DNA from: Chiloscyllium plagiosum
Lineage: Eukaryota
DNA: 20,000 nucleotides
Direction of reading: 5' to 3'
NCBI RefSeq assembly: GCF_004010195.1
Contig: NC_057718.1
Coordinates: forward strand, 21,976,192-21,996,191
The position numbers and the translations under genes are program-made. The number at the start of each line of letters is the position of its first letter. Position 1 is the first letter of the stretch. The notes under the pieces were generated by a model. The model did not search any database. It had not been told where the DNA came from and worked only from the letters and a program-made list of their open reading frames with translations. This document shows positions 1-9,869 of this stretch, in pieces.

Positions 1-119
1 AAGGTAAAAATTACAGATCGCTATGGACACCTTTAAACAAATAAATTGTGTTTGACTAAAATGTATATTTTTAAAGTTGCAAGTTAAATGGTGCCAAAAC
101 TCATTCAGATGATCCATGA

Positions 120-175
120 CATGGACGGGTTGGACCGAAGGGTCTGTTTCCATGCTGTACGTCTCTGTGACTCTA
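120..175 (+). mobile_element. Extreme 3' tail of a CR1-type (HER1-like) LINE
   Basis: catggacgggttggaccgaagggtctgtttccatgctgtacgtctctgtgactcta is 53/56 identical to 8125-8180 and ends in the CR1-type 'ctctatgactcta' terminal repeat. Confidence 0.8.
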
Positions 176-1940
176 TATCAGAGATCAAAGCATTTTACCT
201 TATAGAGAAGCTGTGGTCTTTAATCAGCTAAATCTGTCCCCATTCACTGTAAACATTTGGGTTTGATCTATCCTCTAAAGTAGTCGTGAAAGATTTTATG
301 ATATTGGGAAAACGGTCCTGCACTAACTTGCACATTTTCCTGACCAACAATTAAAATAAAACAATTTTGTCATGACTTTATCACTCGGTGCGAAATGACA
401 GCTTTAAGCAGAGTGCCTGCACTTCCAAACTACTAAACTGGATATACTGTGCATTGGGACATCCTGAGGATAAATAAATTCAAATCTTTTCTAAACAATA
501 ATTCAGTTAAGAACACCAATTTGTATTGTGTTTGAGTGTTAATCTATTTCTATATGCATCAAGAAGAGGTGAGAAGGTAAAGGCAAACTATCCAAGTAGG
601 AGAAACATCAGCAGCAGGCTGTGTCAATGGCATCACACTTATGAAGAAATAAGAACAAGATTATAAAATCCCATTTATGAAAGCACCAGCCAAAGTAATG
701 CTCAGCAAATGGAAAGTGATGCTACAAAAGTAAAGCGTTTGCTTAAATCTCAATATCAAAATTAGAAGATTTGACCTTGGGCCAAATGGCACATATATTC
801 TGTGCAAATAATTATTAAATTTGTTTTGGCTAATCTAAAAATAGATACACTGGGCACTGCCACATAGCAAGTGATACCCTGTTTTAATATTTTGGAGATG
901 GCCAATAAGTCACAAGACAAAGCAAGAATAAGCTAGCATTTGAAATCTTTTAACAAATAGATGGTTTTAGAATGAGTGACTACAACAAGAAAATCCTGGT
1001 AATCTGTACATTTATTCTCAACTATAAATGTAAAGTAATACTGGCACATCAAATGCCCACTAATTGCTTGAAACCTGACACTTACAAGAGGGTTAATTAG
1101 AGATCCAACATATTTACTTTAAAAAAAAACCTTAAAAGCAACTTAAATATGAGCTGTCTCTCTCAACCTCTGTGGTTGAAGAAGATCAGCATTCCTTTGG
1201 CAGAGATTTCACACTCAGGCACAATTTATATTACTGTCCCCCTACAAATGAACAAGCATAGAAACCCTTCTTTAACTTAAAATATAAAAGGCTCTACCTG
1301 AAGTGATCCGACGGTCATGAACTGGGATTTCGTAGTGTTGAGCAAAGGCATGCTTTCATTCTAATTACATCTCCAAGATGAGTTTTGACAATGCTTAAGC
1401 TTATCAATTTGAGACCATACAATCTGGTGACATAAAGCTACTTTCCTTTTAAAGAAAGGTTTGCACTCTGATCATTAGTGCAGTGTTTAATTTTCTGAGC
1501 AAAGAATTAAAGTGGTGGCTTTCAATAAAACGAGAAATACATTTGAAAAATGACCTCCTCCAACATATCTTAGTTTCGTGATGCAAAGAGAATCTTGAGC
1601 AATATATAAATTACTGCTTATCTAAATGAGTAATATTCACAGAATAAATTATGACAAAAATATACCAGTGTAGGCAGAGGAATAGGTACTCGAGCACTAT
1701 TGAGAAACATAATGCATAAGAAGCTCAGCATCAAGGTTATAAGATGAGGATGAAGATTTGCAATACTATAATGCATACAGTCCCAATCTCTTATTCACTT
1801 ATTTTGATTTATAACATTTGAAGTAAGCAATCTTGCACTTTCCTTTTATATTCCCAATTAAGCCTAAGGAAATGTTAGTCTCATAAGCCTTAATATACTT
1901 AAGCCAAAACATTCCAGATGTCAAAGCTGTTGTTACTCAC

Positions 1941-2072
1941 CGCCTTGAAAACACTGCTTATTGTCTGTGCACAGATTGGGTTTTTGCACTGCACAAGCAA
2001 GTCAAATAGTACTCCCAGTAACCTCTTCTGAATCTTCCCATCAGGCAGAGCTGCAAAGAACTGTTTTGTGAT
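1941..2072 (-). CDS. HEATR1: HEATR1 coding exon (132 nt, phase 0 to 0; last in window)
   Basis: Acceptor cttactttttttatcag|ATC, donor GCG|gtgagt. Encodes ITKQFFAALPDGKIQKRLLGVLFDLLVQCKNPICAQTISSVFKA, close to human 'ITKPFFAAISDEKVQQKLLRMLFDLLVNCKNSHCAQTVSSVFKG'. Confidence 0.96.
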
Positions 2073-2994
2073 CTGATAAAAAAGTAAGAGAGAAAGTTTC
2101 ACCAAACCATTAAGGTATAAAGGTTGTAACAGCATCATGGGTATCTACAAATAATGGGAAAAGAACAAGCACAAATCTCCCTCTACTTATATCTGAAAAT
2201 TACTATGGGCAGTTACTAAATACCTTCAAAGTTAATGTTTCCTTTCATCTCAGATCAAACAGAATTGACGACATAAAGACTTATATCAGATTCTAATCAT
2301 ATTCAGAAAATTTAAGTTATACTCGCAGTTCTGCAAAATGGTAGTGGATTGATAAATTTTAAAGCAATAAGGTTTGCTCTCCATTTATGTGATGTGCATT
2401 TTTTCTTTAAATTCTAAATTATATTTTGCTGTTTCAGTTTCTCAAACCTGCCTCAATGCTGGAAATCTTTCAGAATATGCAACTTTCTGCCTCACTGGAT
2501 ACACATGCACAAGTGCATGAATATTCATTGAATGCTGATAAGCATGTCAATACCCATCCAGAAATACCCACATACACAATCACAGCAACATTTCTCAGGG
2601 AATGTAAATGCACATAAGTACAGCATTGCCTTCACTAAGAAAATTTTTATCATTATACCCAAGAGTATATAAAATCTTCACTAAATGCTCTCACACATTC
2701 AAAAGCACATCTCCATTCCTAAATGAACACAGAGCGGCATGGGAAGCTCTGACTAAAAAGCATGCACACAGAATATAATTTCTTCTTCGGTCTGTAGACA
2801 TACACATATGCACTCTTCACTCCATGTGATTATCTGTTCTTAACCATTCCAATTTGCATATATATATATATCAATATTAGCAAAATAACAATTGGCCTGT
2901 ACTAATAGTGTGCAAATTGCTGAAAGGAAGTATTTAATATTTCCCAGCAAACCAGAGTCCTGTATGTTTCCTTTGACATTGCAGCATAAAATAC

Positions 2995-3228
2995 CTTTTC
3001 TAGTGCAGTGATCTGCAATGGCTGTAACCCTTGGTACACTTCCTTGGAACTATTTAAGGCACAGATGAAAAGATCCAGACTATGTGGATCCTTTGCCAGT
3101 AATGCTGCAGAATGCTCGTTGTACTTTGAGAGGATCAAATGCAGCATAAGGGCTTCATCTTTGAGAAGAGTATCAGATTCTTTCTCGATGAGTCTCCCCA
3201 TTAGAGGTAGCAACTTGGACAATACAAT
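2995..3228 (-). CDS. HEATR1: HEATR1 coding exon (234 nt, phase 0 to 0)
   Basis: Acceptor ctccttttcag|ATT, donor AAG|gtattt. Encodes IVLSKLLPLMGRLIEKESDTLLKDEALMLHLILSKYNEHSAALLAKDPHSLDLFICALNSSKEVYQGLQPLQITALEK, like human 'VLSQLLP...VLKDEAMVLHLTLGKYNE...IQITALEK'. Confidence 0.96.
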
Positions 3229-4702
3229 CTGAAAAGGAGTATATCATAGGACAGAACTTATTACCTTTACATAGTGAAATGAACCCAACATCCATTATTA
3301 CACAACATGGCAAATGAGAAAACTCTTGGAGAGATATAATAATTATTTCAAAACACATTTAAGCTGATTAGATCATTTCAATCTTGGTTTAGTGGAATGA
3401 CAGGAAGTAAAATCATTGTCTGGCATTCAAAATGGAGGAGAAAGTCCTGGTCATACTGCCACAATGAATAACTGGCTTGTCTTTCAATTGTATTTTGTTC
3501 TTCAAATTTCAACTCATGCCACACTGCAGTAAGTGATTCCAGCATCACTGGGCAATTCTGCAGAATTACAGAATTCATAATAAATGAACATCACTTAAAT
3601 GCTTTCCCTTGAATTAGGGAGTGTGAACTGATTCCATACCTTGTCCCACTCCTCCATTATTCATAACAATGTTTGAATTTAAAAAGGGAGGTGATATTAT
3701 CAATTATCAAAATCTGATTTATTTAGTTCAGTATCAGAAAGAAATGAGCCAGGTTCCTTAAGAAACAAGTATACAGCTAGATATTTTTGCAAACAAAAAA
3801 GCTTACTCATACAGAGAAGTTTAACATAAGTTTTAAACTGTGCAAATAAATATAACTAACTCTTTTGAAAGCTAACATGAACACAACCTCCCAGTCTGAG
3901 AAAAAGTTGCTAAAAGTCTAGTGATTGTTTTCCTAAAAGTACTCTGGCCAAATAACAGTATCATTTCAAAAAAAAAAACAATTACTCAGAGGGTGTCAAA
4001 GATTCCTCTGTAGCCAAAGCTGTTGTTAGAGTTGACAGAATTCTTCTGGAGACAGTGATGGCAGAATCAGGATTCTCCTTAAAGATCTCTTAGGTTGTAC
4101 CAATAAAGATTGTTCCCTTAGGATCCCTTCACTTGTGGGGTCAAGGTCTTCCAATAGATTTTTAACTCTCAAACTTTGATGAGAAAATACAGAGAGAAAG
4201 CAAAGCTGACACTCCAGGCAGATTTTCTCTCTGCTTCTATATTCAAATCCAACAGCTTTATTAAATGCAATAGCTGAGTCATGCTACCTCTCTTTAAAAG
4301 TGTTGAAGGCTTGGCGCCTCCAGTTGAGCAGTTTGAGTTCTTGGCAAATGCAACATTTGTCTGTGCTTCAGCCAGTCTCCTTTGTTTACAAAATGCTTTT
4401 ATACATATGCCCAGTTAATAACATTCTAAATGAATATCTCAGACAACATGTTCACTTAACAACCTTGAGGGCATATTCACATCAATGAACATTCCAGTGT
4501 GGGGAAAAGTCCACTTGATAATCATTACATGATGCAATTCAAATTGAACTTCATACCCATTTCCTCACAAATTTTTAATACCTGACCATTATCTTAGATA
4601 ACATGGCACAGACCATCATGTTTAATTCAAGAGACTTCCATGATTTTAATGGATCAAAGTATTACGCTTTAAAACATTTCCCAAAAACTGATTACATTCA
4701 AG

Positions 4703-4875
4703 ATTTGGAGATGCCGATGTTGGACTGGGATATACAAAGTTAAAAATCACACAACACCAGGTTGTAGTCTAACAGATTTAATTGGAAGCAGTAGCTTTTG
4801 GAGCGCTGCTCCTTTATCCACCTGATGAAGGAGCAGGGCTCCGAAAGCTAGTGCGGTCAATTAAACCTGTTGGAA
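4703..4875. mobile_element. Short Penelope-like (PLE pLTR-derived) fold-back insertion with target-site duplication
   Basis: Flanked by direct repeat TACATTCAAG (4693-4702 and 4876-4885). Contains 51-bp inverted arms 4768-4818 and 4824-4874 (42/51 complementary) and a hammerhead core. Family assignment is inferred from the minimal-hammerhead architecture. Confidence 0.75.
4819..4853 (+). ncRNA. Minimal type I hammerhead ribozyme motif
   Basis: CAC-CUGAUGA-A-GGAGC(AGG)GCUCC-GAA-AGCU-A^GUG: helix I CAC/GUG, conserved CUGAUGA and GAAA cores, 5-bp helix II, palindromic AGCU helix III, UH triplet CUA (predicted cleavage after 4850). Confidence 0.75.
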
Positions 4876-5025
4876 TACATTCAAGGTTGGGATAGGGAGG
4901 ATTTTTGATCTCTGTGAGAAACAGGAATATGGGATCAGCCAGGAAAGTGGAGGGATCGACCATGAATGGTACTGCAGGCTGAGGGGCTATTTGATCTACT
5001 CCTGCTACCATCACTTGTATTCTTC
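4876..5025 (+). mobile_element. Degraded CR1-type LINE 3' end (host of the fold-back insertion)
   Basis: 'acattcaagg...gatttttgatc...gaatatggg...ccatgaatggt..gcaggctgagggg...ctactcctgct' follows the CR1 3' UTR pattern. Confidence 0.6.
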
Positions 5026-5471
5026 TGCATGCAACTTCAGGCAACAGTTAAGTGTTCAACTCTGAACTTTTGCCTTAAGTGGTTGAGCCTCATAGATTAA
5101 GGACAATTTTGATTGGCTGGTGTTAAAACTGATGCCCACATCCTGGGAAACAATAAAGAAAACAAAATCTCAAAAAGTACTGAGAGTTCAATTAACATGG
5201 TTAAATTGGACAATCTTTCAATGAACCCAAGTGCTAGCTTCAAAGGAGATCTTCAGTGCCAATGAATAAAGCCATTAGCAATTTTATGATGGATAACACA
5301 TGAAACAGCTTTCATTATTTTTTAATATTCTTTCCCATTAATTACTTTTCTAGCATTAACTGTTATCAATGTACTTAAAATTATAGTTTAACTAGATAAA
5401 ATAATGTTCTAAATTACACAGTCCTCCATAATTACAATTCTCTTTTGATGTACTGTGTTTAAAAATCTCAC

Positions 5472-5639
5472 CTCTCCATTCACCTCCTCAAGTGCTTTCA
5501 ACAAGTTATGAGCTACATATGATGGTCGCACAGCATCTCCGATGCAATACAGCAGATTCTCCAGAGCTTCAGTAAGTTTTTCATGCTGTGATCCTGCTTT
5601 ACTCGGTGTTAAAGCCTCCTCAAATAAACTACTCAGAGC
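5472..5639 (-). CDS. HEATR1: HEATR1 coding exon (168 nt, phase 0 to 0; absent from the ORF track)
   Basis: Acceptor tgtttacttag|GCT, donor GAG|gtgaga. Encodes ALSSLFEEALTPSKAGSQHEKLTEALENLLYCIGDAVRPSYVAHNLLKALEEVNGE, like human 'LFEEL...HQKLSETLKNLL...PSYIAKDLMKVLQGVNGE'. Confidence 0.94.
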
Positions 5640-5906
5640 CTAAGTAAACAGAATAATTGAACAATATATCATATGCCTTAATGCAGTACTGGTATCAGCA
5701 AGTAGCAGTCTGAGCTGTAGCTTTTGCATAAAAAAATATACTTGAAACTCAATTTATTTGAGGCTTAGCTACTTTTCTCACCTTTGGTTAGATTTCCCTG
5801 GCTACTTCCAAGGGGAAAAGAAAGGCAAATCATTTTGAATAAAGAGCAAGGCACACAAATACAATATATTTTGTAAGATTTAAAAAGGGGTATAGGAACA
5901 AAATAA

Positions 5907-5992
5907 TATGATGAAAGGTGATCAACATGGGACATTAACTCTCTTTCCCTCTTCACAGATCCTGCCAGACTTGAAGACTATTTCCAGTTTTT
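5907..5992 (+). mobile_element. Degenerate Penelope-like terminal fragment with decayed hammerhead core
   Basis: 'atgatgaaaggtgatcaacatgggacattaactctctttccctcttcacagatcctgccagac...tatttccag' aligns with the right arm of the 18424-18600 element and resembles a common elasmobranch repeat beginning CTGATGA...GAAACG (recalled). Confidence 0.55.
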
Positions 5993-6559
5993 ATAACACT
6001 ATAATATTTAGGATGCAGTTAGTAGGAAATTGAAGAGAAAAAAAGCCACAAAAGAGCAAACAGAATCTTTGGGGTTTCTATTATTTCCTGGTTAAAATGT
6101 GAAGAGTGAAACGAGGATTGGGGTATAGGGAATGTGAAGAGAAAAGGACAGGGACAAGGCTATTATTCTTGAAATTCTACTAGGGAAATACTTGACTCAA
6201 CTTTCAACTTCATATTCCCAAGGTGGAGCCTTATCAACAAAGGGTGCACACCAAATATTCAGGTTCATGTTATGCTCAATTCGGCAACCATTAAAGGAAG
6301 AAAATCGCATACACTACTTCCAAATTATGCTCCTCCAACCAACTCAAAATCGAAAAATATACTTTCTTTGTGCACATACAAAAATAGAAAAATATGGTAG
6401 AGGGAGATGGAAAGACACACGAGGTTCATCAACCGTGCATGTGAATCTGTTAGCCATAGGAAATTTAAGGGACATCTCAAAGTTGTGTTTAATTTTGCAA
6501 CCACCATGTGTGGAATATCACACGTAAGTACATAAATTGAAGCTGGATAGATATTCTAA

Positions 6560-6960
6560 TTGGCAAGATTTGACCAGCGCTGTCCCAGAGGGATGCGAGT
6601 TGTAACCTTAATTGTTCACTCAATGTATTAATGATGACACTTGAGTTCTAAGGGTTGACTCAGAAGAGGAAAAATTACACAATCCGGGCTTACATTCCCT
6701 GTAATTTAAAAGATCAGGGTGGTTTGATTGATATTCACAAGATTTTAAATGGAACTAAGAGGATAGATAGAAATAAACTATTGCCATTGGTTGGACAGTC
6801 TTAAAATCTAAAGCCACAACTTTCAGAACTTAAATGAAAAAACACATTTCTAGAAGCTACAGGTGATGACATAAGGCCAACTATTAATTATAAATTAGTT
6901 ACTGTTAGAATGTTGTCATCCAAAGACATTAAGGGATATGTAGCTAAGATGGACATATCG
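6560..6960 (+). mobile_element. Highly degraded CR1/L2-clade LINE ORF2 C-terminus and 3' region
   Basis: Relic of the 'GLYSLE.RR.RGDLI..FKILNG.D..D..KLF' coding pattern (gggcttacattccctg...gatattcacaagattttaaatgga...gatagaaataaactatt) with many disruptions. Boundaries approximate. Confidence 0.5.
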
Positions 6961-7165
6961 AATTTTTGAGAGGTTCAATTGGTTATTGAATCCATATTCT
7001 CCATGAATCCCCTTTTAAGGCCAGTAAACCAAATATAAAACTAAGAGAAGAAACATAGCGACATTTAAGAACATTACAATAACCAACTGAAATTGCAAGA
7101 AAAATTATTAAAATTACACAAGGGTATGAACAGAAAAGCAGAATATCCCCTGCCCCCTTTCTTAC

Positions 7166-7338
7166 CTGGCTTAAATGAGTGGGATCTGCAATAATCTCTT
7201 CAGCCATACAGGCAAGTTTATTGACTACCACTTTATAGATAGACCCGTGCACTGTAGTTAATGGTTGCAGACAGGCAATAGCTGCTCGACGCACCTCTCT
7301 CACAGGATTTCCCAAACTGATGATTAAGGAGACCACCA
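7166..7338 (-). CDS. HEATR1: HEATR1 coding exon (173 nt, phase 1 to 0)
   Basis: Follows a 107-nt intron. Acceptor tttgctttcag|TG, donor CAG|gtaaga. Encodes (V)VVSLIISLGNPVREVRRAAIACLQPLTTVHGSIYKVVVNKLACMAEEIIADPTHLSQ, a HEAT repeat matching human 'VVTSLLINLGSPVKEVRRAAIQCLQAL'. Confidence 0.96.
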
Positions 7339-7445
7339 CTGAAAGCAAATCATAATTTAATAACATTATAGCATCTGTTTCAAAATTCTAAAACAAATTT
7401 TAATCATTTCAAGTTCATGGACTGAAACCATTCTGTTGACCATAC

Positions 7446-7638
7446 CTGGGAATGATGGAGTTGCAATCAGACTTCTGCTCTCTGCAGACTGCGATGCAAG
7501 TACAGCATGACCGAAGTAAAGGGCTCGAGTCTGCAACACAGCACTAACTGGCCGGTTTAACTGGTTGGTAAGGCTACAATTGTGGCTCCACAGAAGCGAC
7601 AAGAACTTGAAGAGATGATCGGAATCATGCAGATGGGT
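7446..7638 (-). CDS. HEATR1: HEATR1 coding exon (193 nt, phase 0 to 1)
   Basis: Acceptor tttgtcttacag|ACC, donor CAG|gtatgg. Encodes THLHDSDHLFKFLSLLWSHNCSLTNQLNRPVSAVLQTRALYFGHAVLASQSAESRSLIATPSFP, like human 'VHLEDVFQLFKFCSVLW...VLQTQALYVG'. Confidence 0.95.
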
Positions 7639-7640
7639 CT

Positions 7641-7862
7641 GTAAGACAAATACGAAATAGGCGCAGGAGCATGCCATTCAGCCTCTTGAGATTCCTCTAA
7701 CATTCAATAGGATCAAACTTGATCTGAACTTGACCACAATTCCTCTTTCCAGTCTGCCTCTGATACTTTTTGACCCCCTTGTTAGTCACAATTCTGTTTA
7801 ACCTACCTTAAAATTCAATGACACAGCCTCCAACACTTTCTGAAGGACATTTCAACAGACTT
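7641..7862 (-). mobile_element. Degraded CR1-type LINE 3' end abutting a HEATR1 splice acceptor
   Basis: Plus strand 'taagacaaatacgaaataggcgcaggagcatgccattcagcc...cattcaataggatc...ttgacccccttg...attcaatgacacagcctcca' is the reverse complement of a CR1 3' UTR, same subfamily pattern as 4876-5025. Confidence 0.7.
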
Positions 7863-7951
7863 ACTTATTGATAATCAGTAGAGAATAAAAGAGATCCAAA
7901 ACTATCTTTTGTCAATTACCACTTAAGTTATACTAATATAAGAGAGACTGA

Positions 7952-8180
7952 CAGGGCAACTTTTTCACACACAGGGTGGTACATGTATGGAATGAGCTGT
8001 CAGAGGCTGGTAAAATTGCAACATTTAAGAGGCATTTGGATGGGTATATGAATAAGAAGGGTTTGGAGGGATATGGGCTAGGTGCTGGCAGATGGGACTA
8101 GATTGGGTTGGGATATCTGGTCGGCATGGACGGGTTGGACTGAAGGGTCTGTTTCCATGCTGTACATCTCTATGACTCTA
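7952..8180 (+). mobile_element. Young 5'-truncated CR1-type (HER1-like) LINE 3' end
   Basis: 'agggcaactttttcacacacagggtggtacatgtatggaatgagctg' (GNFFT.RVV..WNEL, end of CR1 ORF2) followed by a 3' UTR ending ctctatgactcta. Confidence 0.88.
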
Positions 8181-8601
8181 ATTTTGTCATCCAAAGATAT
8201 TAAGGGATACGTAGCTAAGGTTTAACTGTTTATTCTTAAACCTATGTTCATTCTTTCTCCTCTTGATGGAGGTTGGTTTTATGATCCACCAGTCAGACTT
8301 CAGACATAGTCAGTGAAATAATCCAGGAAGTCATTATATATATGAACAATTATTCATCCTGCATTCAGACCTGAAAACTATTGTTTAGCTGTTGGAACTT
8401 GGTCAAAGAAAGATCTTATTCTTTCCAGAAATTCAGCAATCAGTAAATCATACATTATTCACAACATACTGCATTTTTAAAAAACATACAAATTTATTAT
8501 GTGGCAGATACAAATGGTTTTTTTTATTCAATTGCTTAAATTGCTGGTCCATCACAATTAGTTACATTAGGATCATTGAGATCCTTGCTCAATGTACTCA
8601 C

Positions 8602-8750
8602 CTTAATTAGAAACTTCACAAGATTCCTGAAGTTTCCTCCAAGCTCTTCTTCACTAGCAGCACAAACAGTAATGTCAAAGACATTAATGAGAAGATGAAG
8701 GTAATCACAGCTTTGCCTGTCCAAACTTTCAGGATTCCACCAAGCCTGAT
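8602..8750 (-). CDS. HEATR1: HEATR1 coding exon (149 nt, phase 1 to 0)
   Basis: Acceptor acatttcag|AT, donor AAG|gtgagt. Encodes (D)QAWWNPESLDRQSCDYLHLLINVFDITVCAASEEELGGNFRNLVKFLIK, containing the HEATR1 'WWNPE...DYLHLLI' motif. Confidence 0.95.
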
Positions 8751-8879
8751 CTGAAATGTTGTAGTAAGAAAACACAAGGTTTGTCTGGTATCTGAGTGGT
8801 CACGGTAATGAACTGATTAGAACAAGTTGTGAAACATAATTCAATTAAATCTGCCAATTTGTGGTGCAGCACCTGAAGA

Positions 8880-9230
8880 TGCCAATGAGGCCAGGCAAAA
8901 GCAATTGCCTTGGCATTGATGCATTGCTAGACCAAACTTTGGCATCAATGGGAAAACCATTGGCTGGAGTCACAAGGAAGACAGAACAGTTTGTAACATA
9001 ACTGCAAGGCAAAGATCAACCAACTTCAGATGTTTAAGAATATTCATCTAACATAAATAAATCAGTGGTTTGTTCACCATTCTATGCCAGTTCCACTTGT
9101 GATTGGACTGATAACAAAGTTGCTCATGCCAGCCTACAGCAAGGTCCAGGCAATGTCAAAACTTAACTGACAAATGACAAGTCTCAACATAGCTTTGAGA
9201 GTTTACCGTGCTGTACACACATTCTAGGCA
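8880..9230 (+). mobile_element. Highly degraded RT-region copy of the same LINE family as 9870-11915, opposite orientation
   Basis: Colinear relics: aattgccttggcatt (ALDI), ggcatcaatgggaaaacc..tggctggagtca..caaggaaga, cagcaagg..caggcaatgtc...ctgacaaatgacaagt. These match the reverse complement of about 10730-11130. Confidence 0.5.
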
Positions 9231-9502
9231 AAGTGTAACATACATAACCTTTGCAGAGTTTTGCATTTTACAAATCTGCTACTGCGGTGTTGTAACATAA
9301 CCTCACAATGAATTTTGTTTCTTATGGGCTCAAATAAATCACTGTCAAAATGATTTTGTGGAACATTCCCATACAAGCCAAATCAGCACAGATTGACAAT
9401 CAACAGCAAAGTCCAGTTCCCTGAAGTTGAGGGCACACTCAGCGTTTTTGCTTATCTAAAATATGGTTGCATAAACAGCTCTTTAAAAAAATGAGATTTT
9501 TA

Positions 9503-9855
9503 ATAGAATCCACATGGTGTGGAAACAGATCATTTGTCCCAACAAGTCAACACCAATCCTTGGAAGAGCTTCCCACCCAAACCCATCCTCTCATCCTATC
9601 CCTGTAACTCTGCATGTCCCATGTCAAACACACCTAACCTATACATCCCTGAACACTATGGGTAATTCAGCATGTCCAATTCACCTAATGTGCACATTTT
9701 TGGACTGTGGGAGGAAACCGGAGCACCGGGTGGAAACTCACACAGACACGGGGATAACGCGCAAACTCCACAGACAGTCGTCTGAGACTGGAATTGAATA
9801 TGGGTCCCTGGCGCTGTGAGGCAGCAGTGCTAACCACTGAGCCACTATGCTGCCC
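9503..9855 (-). mobile_element. Full-length tRNA-derived SINE (HE1/V-SINE-like)
   Basis: Minus strand starts gggcagcatagTGGCTCAGTGGttagcactgctgcctcacagcgccagggacccaTATTCAATTCC (A box and degenerate B box). It continues with the V-SINE-type core 'gtggagtttgc..gtt.tccccgtgtctgtgtgagtttcc.ccggtgctccggtttcctcccacagtccaaa' and a CR1-like tail ending 'gattctat'. Confidence 0.9.
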
Positions 9856-9869
9856 TGGCCACATATACT

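Noticed and set aside
199..339. Exon-like segment on the minus strand (ggtcag|...AAG|gtaaaa)
   Set aside because: Stops in all three frames and no similarity to the next expected HEATR1 exon; no evidence for use as a poison exon.
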